Assembly: GCA_050291585.1 (NCBI GenBank) | Contig: JBNKKA010000002.1 | Span: 11,019-75,018 of the forward strand | Length of the DNA stretch: 64,000 bases | Direction of reading: 5' to 3' | DNA from: Desulfobacteraceae bacterium | GTDB lineage: Bacteria > Desulfobacterota > Desulfobacteria > Desulfobacterales > Desulfosarcinaceae | Shown: positions 46,113 through 53,570 of the stretch, in pieces | How the letters are laid out: each line of letters begins with the position of its first letter | How positions within the stretch are numbered: the stretch's first letter is position 1 | Notes under the pieces: generated by a model | The model's input: the letters and a program-made list of their open reading frames with translations, nothing else | Database searches by the model: none | What the model was told of the DNA's origin: nothing | Made by a program: the position numbers and the translations under genes

Positions 46113-46460
46113 ATGAGAATCAAAAGAGGTTTCAAGGCAAGGAAAAGACGTAAAAAGGTATTGGCTCTGGCCAAGGGTTTTCGTGGCGGCCGCAGCAAGC
46201 TGTTTCGCACAGCGGCGGACTCTGTGGACAAGGCCCTCATGTACGCCTATCGGGATCGTCGGCAGCGCAAACGTGACTTCCGCCGCCTGTGGATCGCGCG
46301 CATCAACGCCGCCGCTCGCATGAACGACGTCTCCTACAGCAAGTTTATCCACGGGCTTAAAAAGGCCGGCGTGGAGCTGGATCGTAAAGTGTTGGCAGAG
46401 TTGGCGGTCTCAGACCCGTCCGCATTCGCTCAGATCGCGACCCTGTCCATCCAGGCGTAG
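46113..46460 (+). CDS. rplT: 50S ribosomal protein L20
   Basis: [32 protein letters not shown]... is a typical L20 sequence. Confidence 0.95.
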   Translation: MRIKRGFKARKRRKKVLALAKGFRGGRSKLFRTAADSVDKALMYAYRDRRQRKRDFRRLWIARINAAARMNDVSYSKFIHGLKKAGVELDRKVLAELAVSDPSAFAQIATLSIQA

Positions 46461-46511
46461 TTGTTTACGTAGACGTAAACGCAGCCCAACACACAGATCC
46501 TTTAGCGACAT

Positions 46512-46588
46512 GAAACTGGAAGCTGCCGGCCCCACAAAGTGGGGGCCCCACTTTGTGGGGCTTGGCGGTAATTCCAGTTTCTTTTTTG
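46512..46588 (+). terminator. Long compound intrinsic terminator of the infC-rpmI-rplT unit
   Basis: GAAACTGGAA..GCCCCACAAAGTGGGG-G-CCCCACTTTGTGGGGC..TTCCAGTTTC followed by TTTTTTG. Confidence 0.8.
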
Positions 46589-46658
46589 TAAACCCGCAAG
46601 GATTCCGCTAAAAGGCATAATAGCAGCAGAATCCCACCTGCTGGAGCAGATTGATATC

Positions 46659-47672
46659 GTGGATACGACGACGAGCATTGACACTATCAAAGCCGAAGCG
46701 CTGCAGGAGCTGGACACCGCCACTAGTGCCGATGATATAGCCGCCCTGTCGGTAAAATATTTAGGCCGCAAGGGCGCCATCACCCTATTCCTGCGCAACA
46801 TCTCCAAGCTGCCCCCCAAAGAGCGCCCCATGGCGGGCAAGACCGCCAACCAAGTCAAGCAGCTTCTGGAGGCCCGCTTCGAGGAAACCCTGGAGCGTCT
46901 GCAGATGGCGGCCGCCGAGAACGCCGCAGCCATTGATGTTTCCCTACCTGGCAGGCCGGTGGCCTATGGCAGCCTGCACCCCATCACCCAGGTGACCGAG
47001 GAGATCTGCGCCATCTTCGCCCGCATGGGCTTCGATGTGGTGGAGGGTCCCGAGGTGGAGACCGACCACTACAATTTCGAAATGCTCAATTTCCCCAAGA
47101 ATCACCCGGCGCGGGACATGCAGGACACCTTCTTCGTCTCCGACACGGTTGTGCTGCGCACCCACACCTCTCCGACCCAGCCCCGGGTGATGGAAAAACA
47201 AGACCCTCCGGTGCGCATGATCGCCCCGGGTAAGGTCTACCGTTGCGATTCCGACCTGACCCACACCCCCATGTTCAACCAGGTGGAGGGGCTCCTGGTG
47301 GATCGCAACGTTTCCTTTGGCGATCTAAAGGGAACCCTGACAGCCTTCGTGCACCAAATGTTCGACGCCAAGACCAGCGTGCGCTTTCGCCCCAGCTTCT
47401 TCCCCTTTACCGAGCCCAGCGCCGAGGTGGATATCCGCTGCGTCATCTGCCGCGGCAAAGGCTGCCGGGTCTGCTCCCAGACCGGCTGGCTCGAGATCCT
47501 CGGGTCGGGTATGGTTCATCCGGCGGTCCTTGAAAAAGTCTCCTACGACACCTCCGAATATACCGGCTTTGCTTTCGGCATGGGTGTGGAGCGCATCGCC
47601 ATGCTCAAGTACCGCATCGACGACATCCGCAAATATTTCGATAACGATCTTCGATTCTTGAGGCAGTTTTAA
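46659..47672 (+). CDS. pheS: Phenylalanine--tRNA ligase alpha subunit
   Basis: 337 aa with HPITQV, FPKNHPARDMQDTFF, FRPSFFPFTEPSAEVD and GFAFGMGVERIAM motifs. GTG start. Confidence 0.95.
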   Translation: MDTTTSIDTIKAEALQELDTATSADDIAALSVKYLGRKGAITLFLRNISKLPPKERPMAGKTANQVKQLLEARFEETLERLQMAAAENAAAIDVSLPGRPVAYGSLHPITQVTEEICAIFARMGFDVVEGPEVETDHYNFEMLNFPKNHPARDMQDTFFVSDTVVLRTHTSPTQPRVMEKQDPPVRMIAPGKVYRCDSDLTHTPMFNQVEGLLVDRNVSFGDLKGTLTAFVHQMFDAKTSVRFRPSFFPFTEPSAEVDIRCVICRGKGCRVCSQTGWLEILGSGMVHPAVLEKVSYDTSEYTGFAFGMGVERIAMLKYRIDDIRKYFDNDLRFLRQF

Positions 47673-47673
47673 C

Positions 47674-50091
47674 ATGAAAGTGAGCATCAGCTGGCTGAAA
47701 GACTATGTGGCCATTGAAATGCCGGTGGACGAGCTGGCCGAGGCCCTGACCATGGCAGGACTGGAGGTCGAAGCCGTCACGCCCCGCTTCACCTTCCTCG
47801 AGCAGGTCAAGGTCGCCCGCATTGCAACGGTGGACCCCCATCCCAACGCGGACCGTTTGAGGCTCTGTGAGGTCAGCACCGGCGACCAGACCCACCACCG
47901 CATCGTCTGCGGCGCGCCCAACGCGCGGGAGGGCCTCCTGGCCCCCCTGGCGCTCCCCGGCGCACAGCTGCCCGGCGGCATGATTATCAAGCCCGGTAAG
48001 ATTCGGGGAGAACGCTCCGAGGGGATGCTCTGCAGTGGTGTAGAACTGGGCATCAATGCAGACACCAGCGGCCTGCTGGAGCTGGATCCCGGCCTGACCG
48101 TCGGCGAACGCCTGGATACGGCCTTGGGGCTGGAAGACTGGACTCTGGAGATCGGCCTGACCCCCAACCGGCCAGACTGCCTCAGCCTCATGGGCGTGGC
48201 CCGGGAGATCGCCGCCATCCAGGGCAATGCCGTGTGTGCGCCCAAGGCTGACATGCCCCCCGAGAGCGGTGAGATTGGCCAGCTAACCTCGGTGGTCATT
48301 GAGGACCAGGAGCGCTGTCCGCGTTACACCGCCCGCCTCATTGAAGGGATCACCGTCGGCCCGTCCCCCTTCTGGCTCCAGGATAGGCTCCTCAGCGTTG
48401 GTCTGCGCCCCATCAACAACCTGGTGGACATCACCAACTTCGTGATGATGGAAACCGGCCAGCCCCTGCACGCCTTCGATTTCGATCGCCTCAGCGATCG
48501 GCGCATCCTTGTGCGGACCGCCGCAAAGGGTGAGAAATTCACCACCCTGGATGAAAAGGAGCGCAACCTCGATCCCGAGATGCTGATGATCTGCGACGGA
48601 CAGAAAGCCGTCGGCATCGGCGGTGTCATGGGCGGGATGAACTCGGAGATCGCCGATGATACCCGCCGGGTGCTGCTTGAAAGCGCCTACTTCAACCCGG
48701 TCTCGATTCGCAAAACGGCCAAGCAACTCGGCCTCAACACCGACGCCTCCCACCGGTTCGAAAGAGGCGTTGATCCGCAGGGAACCGTTACGGCCCTCAA
48801 CCGGGCCGCCGCTCTGATGACCGACTTGGGCAATGGCAAGCTGATCGGGGGAACCATCGACGAAGGCAGCCAGATCCCAGCGCCACAGCCCATCGCCCTC
48901 AGCGTGGAGGCCACCAACCGGACCCTGGGCACCAACCTGAATCGGGACGCCATGCAGGAGCAGTTAGAGCGAGTTTCCTTCAGTGTGGCTGCTGAAAACG
49001 AGGACACCCTGCGGGTCACAGCACCCAGCTTCAGAGTTGACGTGAGCCGACCCCAGGATCTGATGGAAGAGATCGCCCGCATTACGGGCTACAACGAGAT
49101 TCCCACGACCTTCCCCCAGATTCCCGCCGACGCGCGCAATGAGGCGCCCTTTCTCGGCCATCGCCGCCGAATCCGGACCCTCATGGCCGGTTTGGGATTC
49201 AGCGAGACGGTCAACTACAGCTTCATCCACGCCGACTCCTGCGACCGGCTGCGCCTGGCGGCGGATGACCCCCGCCGTCAGATGGTCAAGATCCTCAACC
49301 CCATCAGCGAAGATCAGACCGTCATGCGGACCTCGCTGATCCCAAGCCTGGTGGAGACCCTCCAGCGCAACCTGGCTCGCCAGGTCAAGGATGTGCGCAT
49401 CTTCGAGACCGGACGCGTCTACATCGGCCAGCCTGGCAAGGAGCTGCCTGAGGAGAGAGAGATGCTGGCCGGCCTGTGGTCTGGCAACCGCAGCCCCCTC
49501 TCCTGGCACGGCAAAGACAGTGCCTGTGATTTCTACGACCTCAAGGGGGTTCTCGAAGCACTTTGCGACGCCCTCAAGCTGCCGGCCACCCGTTACGAGT
49601 TGGTCCCCGCAGAGGATTGCACCTACACCCGCCCAGGCGCGAGCGCCTGGGTCTACGCGGGCGACGCCCGCTTAGGCCTCTTGGGAGAGCTCCACCCCCA
49701 GGTGCTCCAGCAGTATGGCCTCAAGCAAAACGCCGTTGTGTTCGCCCTATGCCTCCAGCGCATGATCTCTCAGATTCCTGTCCGCATCGTCTCAACGTCT
49801 CTGCCACGCTACCCGGCCATCATGCGCGACATTACCCTCATCATCCCGGAGGCGATTCCTGCGGCCGACGTGCTCGCCGAGGCTCACAGCCTTGACGCCG
49901 ATTTGCTTGAAGATGTATACTTTTTCGACCGGTTCAGTGGTGGCCCCATCCCTGCAGGGAAGGTCAGCCTCAGCTTCCGCTTGGTGTATCGCTCCGAAGA
50001 ACGCACCCTCACCGACGGAGACATCACCACTCTACACAAAAAGATTTCGGATCATCTCGTCGAGCAGTTCGACGCCCTGTTACCGGCCTAG
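47674..50091 (+). CDS. pheT: Phenylalanine--tRNA ligase beta subunit
   Basis: 805 aa. MKVSISWLKDYV N-terminus, a tRNA-binding domain, and B3/4, B5 and FDX-ACB architecture. Confidence 0.95.
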   Translation: MKVSISWLKDYVAIEMPVDELAEALTMAGLEVEAVTPRFTFLEQVKVARIATVDPHPNADRLRLCEVSTGDQTHHRIVCGAPNAREGLLAPLALPGAQLPGGMIIKPGKIRGERSEGMLCSGVELGINADTSGLLELDPGLTVGERLDTALGLEDWTLEIGLTPNRPDCLSLMGVAREIAAIQGNAVCAPKADMPPESGEIGQLTSVVIEDQERCPRYTARLIEGITVGPSPFWLQDRLLSVGLRPINNLVDITNFVMMETGQPLHAFDFDRLSDRRILVRTAAKGEKFTTLDEKERNLDPEMLMICDGQKAVGIGGVMGGMNSEIADDTRRVLLESAYFNPVSIRKTAKQLGLNTDASHRFERGVDPQGTVTALNRAAALMTDLGNGKLIGGTIDEGSQIPAPQPIALSVEATNRTLGTNLNRDAMQEQLERVSFSVAAENEDTLRVTAPSFRVDVSRPQDLMEEIARITGYNEIPTTFPQIPADARNEAPFLGHRRRIRTLMAGLGFSETVNYSFIHADSCDRLRLAADDPRRQMVKILNPISEDQTVMRTSLIPSLVETLQRNLARQVKDVRIFETGRVYIGQPGKELPEEREMLAGLWSGNRSPLSWHGKDSACDFYDLKGVLEALCDALKLPATRYELVPAEDCTYTRPGASAWVYAGDARLGLLGELHPQVLQQYGLKQNAVVFALCLQRMISQIPVRIVSTSLPRYPAIMRDITLIIPEAIPAADVLAEAHSLDADLLEDVYFFDRFSGGPIPAGKVSLSFRLVYRSEERTLTDGDITTLHKKISDHLVEQFDALLPA

Positions 50092-50239
50092 CTCCATACA
50101 AGACCCAAGCGCGTTCCCCAGAATCCGCCGCCCGAGTGGGGTGGCGGATCGACAGGGGAACTAAAATGGCATCTGTCGCACGATGACGAAACGTCGCTCG
50201 ACGCATGCCTTCAACGCATCTCGGGAACGCCGCCAGACC

Positions 50240-50605
50240 ATGTCAGACCCTTCGGTATTGGACAGCGAAATACCAGACAAATTGTATTTCCGCATTGGCG
50301 AAGTCGCCGAGCTCGCCGGGGTCCCCTCCTACGTCCTACGCTTCTGGGAAACCGAGTTTCCGCGCATAAAGCCCAAGCGCACCGGCGCGGGGCAGCGCCT
50401 CTACCGCCGATCGGATGTGGCCTTTATTCTGACCATTAAGCACCTCCTGCACGAGAAACGCTACACTATCCAGGGGGCCAAACAACACCTGCGTGCCCAG
50501 GGGCAAACATCCGTATCGACCAAGGCCAGTCCGTCGTCCGCCGACAGCCAGTTGATCAGCATTTTACGCACCGAGCTAGAACAGATCCGCGACCTTTTGA
50601 AATGA
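50240..50605 (+). CDS. MerR-family transcriptional regulator
   Basis: YFRIGEVAELAGVPSYVLRFWETEF helix-turn-helix. The ATG at 50240 is preferred to 50183. Confidence 0.75.
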   Translation: MSDPSVLDSEIPDKLYFRIGEVAELAGVPSYVLRFWETEFPRIKPKRTGAGQRLYRRSDVAFILTIKHLLHEKRYTIQGAKQHLRAQGQTSVSTKASPSSADSQLISILRTELEQIRDLLK

Positions 50606-50644
50606 TGCGCAATAAAGGCGTCGGCAAGTCTTCAAATGCATTTA

Positions 50645-50816
50645 TAAGTGTCCATCCATAAATGGTGAATCTCGCCCGATCTCAAAGCGTGTGACACTTC
50701 CAAATCCGAGAAATATTGGGTATATTTTGGCCTATTTTTTCAAATAGGCTCGGGTTTTAGATTTGTCACCCAACGCCGAAATTGGGTGAGGGGTGGTGTT
50801 TCTGAATGGACACTAA
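50645..50816. mobile_element. MITE-like palindromic repeat element, copy B (172 nt)
   Basis: Shares AGTGTCC(A/G)TCCA(T/G)AAATGGTGAATCTCGCCCGA on the left and GATTTGTCACCCAACGC...GGGTGAG.GGTG..GTTTCTG.ATGG.CACTAA on the right with copy A. The central loop is about 20 nt longer. Confidence 0.7.
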
Positions 50817-50823
50817 AAAGCTG

Positions 50824-50852
50824 TTGACAACCCCCGGATAATACCTTAGATA
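50824..50852 (+). promoter_or_regulatory. Candidate sigma70 promoter for tRNA-Gly (TTGACA-N17-TAGATA)
   Basis: Perfect -35 hexamer, 17-nt spacer. The -10 element ends 13 nt before the mature tRNA 5' end. Confidence 0.45.
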
Positions 50853-50865
50853 TGTGGACTGGAAT

Positions 50866-50941
50866 GCGGGCATAGCTCAGTTGGTAGAGTACAAGCTTCC
50901 CAAGCTTGGTGTCGCGAGTTCGAATCTCGTTGCCCGCTCCA
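50866..50941 (+). tRNA. tRNA-Gly (anticodon CCC)
   Basis: Hand-folded cloverleaf. Acceptor GCGGGCA/TGCCCGC, D arm GCTC-AGTTGGTA-GAGT, anticodon arm CAAGC-TTCCCAA-GCTTG, T arm GCGAG-TTCGAAT-CTCGT. Discriminator T and an encoded CCA. 76 nt. Confidence 0.92.
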
Positions 50942-51087
50942 AATGAAAGTCCGGTTGTACGGCAACTTTTGTATAGGCTGGGACTTTTATCTATGTTTGG
51001 TGGTTTACCCGACTTTTCCACTGAAGGTAATCTCATGAACTGATTGTTTTCGATTTCTACCAAAAAACCGAAGCATAGATAAAAGGG

Positions 51088-51116
51088 AAACGGGCTTAAG
51101 CCCGTTTTTTGTTTTT
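51088..51116 (+). terminator. Intrinsic terminator
   Basis: AACGGGC-TTAA-GCCCGTT followed by TTTTGTTTTT. Confidence 0.75.
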
Positions 51117-51122
51117 CTACAC

Positions 51123-51665
51123 ATGGGGAAAATCGTGAAACGCAGCGCGGATAAGGGCAAAACCAACGCTTCGCGGAAAAGTATTTCTTCGTCGAAAAGA
51201 GACGCTTACGAGAAGCAATTCGTTGCAGCGGTTACACGACTGGCTGAACCGCTGTGTACTTCCGAAGGGATGGAATTGGTCCATCTGGAATACCGCCGCG
51301 AAGCCAACGGGCGCGTCCTGCGGCTTTACATCGACAAGCCCGGAGGCGTGAAATTGGATGACTGTGTCGGGATCAGTCGGGAGCTTTCCGACATTCTCGA
51401 TGCGCGCGCTGAGGCCGACGAGCCCTATCGACTAGAAGTATCCTCACCGGGTGTCGAGCGTCCATTGGGGAAACTGGAAGATTTCCAGCGTTTTTCCGAC
51501 AGGAAAGCAAAAATTCGCACGCACGCAGCCATAGAGGGACGTAAAAATTTTACCGGCATTCTCAAAGGCATTGCCGATCATATGGTCCGAATGGAGATCG
51601 ACGGAACTATCGTTTCGATCACCCATGACAATATTAGCCGGGCACGGCTGGTGGCGGATATATAG
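51123..51665 (+). CDS. rimP: Ribosome maturation factor RimP
   Basis: EGMELVHLEYRRE..GRVLRLYIDKPGGV.LDDC...SRELSDILD and EVSSPGVERPL motifs. Precedes nusA. The N-terminal Lys/Ser-rich extension leaves the start uncertain. Confidence 0.85.
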   Translation: MGKIVKRSADKGKTNASRKSISSSKRDAYEKQFVAAVTRLAEPLCTSEGMELVHLEYRREANGRVLRLYIDKPGGVKLDDCVGISRELSDILDARAEADEPYRLEVSSPGVERPLGKLEDFQRFSDRKAKIRTHAAIEGRKNFTGILKGIADHMVRMEIDGTIVSITHDNISRARLVADI

Positions 51666-51812
51666 TGCCACCAGGGACCGCGCCTTTACGATTGACGAGT
51701 GCAATGAGGCAAAGAGAGATCTTAACTTGGAGCTGGCAAACAATTGCTAGCTTATTGACCGGTGTTTGGCCGCAGAATCGATCTGGCCGAGTAGCGATGG
51801 AGAAATTGTAAG

Positions 51813-53492
51813 ATGATTTCAGACATCAAACGCGTGGTTGAGCAAGTCAGCCGGGACAAAGGTATCAGTCGCGAAGTATTGATCCATGCATTGGAAGAGG
51901 CGTTGCGATCTGCCGCACGGAAGAAGTTCGGCAGCAAAATCGATATCGAAGCGCAGTACAACGAAGAGACCGGCGATATCGAAGTCTTCCAATTTAAAGA
52001 GGTGGTCGAGACGGTCACCGAACCGGATCTTCAAATCGACTTTGAAGAGGGACGTAAACTGGATCCCGATTGTGAAGCCGGCGACAGCCTCGGCACCAAG
52101 ATGGATGCCATGACCTTTGGCCGCATCGCTGCCCAATCCGCCAAGCAGGTGATCATCCAGAAGATGAAAGACGCCGAACGTGACGCCGTCTATGCCAGCT
52201 ACGTGGACCGCAAAGGCGAAACGGTCAACGGCATCGTCCAGCGCATGGACCGGGGCGACATTATCGTCAATCTGGGCACCACCGAAGCCGTGCTGCCCTC
52301 ACGCGAGCAGGTACCCCGCGAGAACTATCGTCGCGGCGATCGCGTACGCGCCCAGATCCTCGATGTGCTTTACGAAACCCGGGGGCCACAGGTGGTGTTG
52401 ACCCGCACCCACCCGGAATTTCTCGTCAGCCTCTTTAAGGTTGAAGTGCCCGAAATCAGCGAGGGTATTGTTGAGATCAAAGCGGCCGCACGCGAGCCGG
52501 GCAGCCGCGCAAAAATATCCGTGGCCTCACACGATTCTGACATCGATCCGGTAGGCGCCTGCGTAGGCATGAAGGGCAGCCGTGTGCAGAATGTGGTCCA
52601 GGAACTGCGCGGTGAAAAAATCGACATCATCCCCTGGCATGTGGATGCCGCTAAATTCGTCTGCAACGCTCTGGCCCCGGCCGAGATTGCCCGAGTGATT
52701 ATCGACGAAGAGAGCAAAGCCATGGAGGTCATCGTTCCGGATGAATTTCTCTCTGTGGCCATCGGTAAACGCGGTCAAAATGTTCGCCTGGCATCCAAGC
52801 TGACCGGCTGGCACCTCGATGTGACCAGCGAGACCAAATATGAAGACCTCATGGAGCGCGGGTATCAATCGTTGCTGGCCTTCCCGGACATGACCGAAGC
52901 CATGGCCAACACCTTGTTTGAAAGAGGCTTTTACTCCGCCGAGGAGATCGCCAACGCCGATGCCGAGGATCTGCTACAGGTGCCCGACATGACGCCCGAG
53001 GCCGCCGAAGTTCTTATTTCAGATGCCCCAGCAGTCGTGGAGGCCATCCGCCAGGCAGAGATTGAAGCGGCTGCCGAAGCGAAAGCTGCTGCGGCCGCCG
53101 CAGCTGCGGAAGCGGCAGAGGCTGAGGCCCTGGCGGCTGAAGCGGCAGAGGGCGAAATATCAGGCGCCGAGGAATCGGACGCTGAAGAAGCGCCATCGGA
53201 CGATGTGCCTGGGGGTGATGTCCCTGCTGAACAAGCAGCGACGGAAACACCTGAGGAAGTCCCTCAGGAAGAGGAACCGTCTGCAGACTTAGGGAAAGTA
53301 TCTGAAACGCCAGAGCCCGCTGATGTCGCCGCCGAGGCCAACGATGCCGCCAAGGCTAATGATGCCGCCGAGGCTAATGATGCCGCTGAGGCTAATGATG
53401 CCGCTGAGGCTAATGATGCCGCTAAGGCTAATGATGCCGCTAAAGCTAATGATACGGATGAAACTTTGGATCCACCTGATAAAAATAAGTAA
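51813..53492 (+). CDS. nusA: Transcription termination/antitermination factor NusA with a long acidic, repeat-containing C-terminal tail
   Basis: N-terminal domain (VVEQVSRDKGISREVLIHALEEAL), S1 domain and two KH domains (GACVGMKGSRVQ, AIGKRGQNVRLAS). The tail contains A(E/K)ANDA x7. Confidence 0.95.
   Translation: MISDIKRVVEQVSRDKGISREVLIHALEEALRSAARKKFGSKIDIEAQYNEETGDIEVFQFKEVVETVTEPDLQIDFEEGRKLDPDCEAGDSLGTKMDAMTFGRIAAQSAKQVIIQKMKDAERDAVYASYVDRKGETVNGIVQRMDRGDIIVNLGTTEAVLPSREQVPRENYRRGDRVRAQILDVLYETRGPQVVLTRTHPEFLVSLFKVEVPEISEGIVEIKAAAREPGSRAKISVASHDSDIDPVGACVGMKGSRVQNVVQELRGEKIDIIPWHVDAAKFVCNALAPAEIARVIIDEESKAMEVIVPDEFLSVAIGKRGQNVRLASKLTGWHLDVTSETKYEDLMERGYQSLLAFPDMTEAMANTLFERGFYSAEEIANADAEDLLQVPDMTPEAAEVLISDAPAVVEAIRQAEIEAAAEAKAAAAAAAAEAAEAEALAAEAAEGEISGAEESDAEEAPSDDVPGGDVPAEQAATETPEEVPQEEEPSADLGKVSETPEPADVAAEANDAAKANDAAEANDAAEANDAAEANDAAKANDAAKANDTDETLDPPDKNK
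53331..53456. repeat. 18-nt tandem repeat x7 (GC[CT]-[GA]A[GA]-GC[CT]-AA[CT]-GAT-GCC) inside the nusA 3' end
   Basis: Units start at 53331, 53349, 53367, 53385, 53403, 53421 and 53439. Two adjacent units (53385 and 53403) are identical. Confidence 0.9.
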
Positions 53493-53570
53493 CCTTCGCC
53501 AATCCCAACAGGGTGATAATGAGCAGGCGAACGTCTTTAAGACAGAAGTTGCAGGATTGAGGGGGAGGTA

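Noticed and set aside
50945-50954. GAAAGTCCGG just after tRNA-Gly, which resembles the RNase P RNA P4 region motif
   Set aside because: Only about 145 nt are available before the terminator, and none of the other conserved RNase P RNA regions are present.
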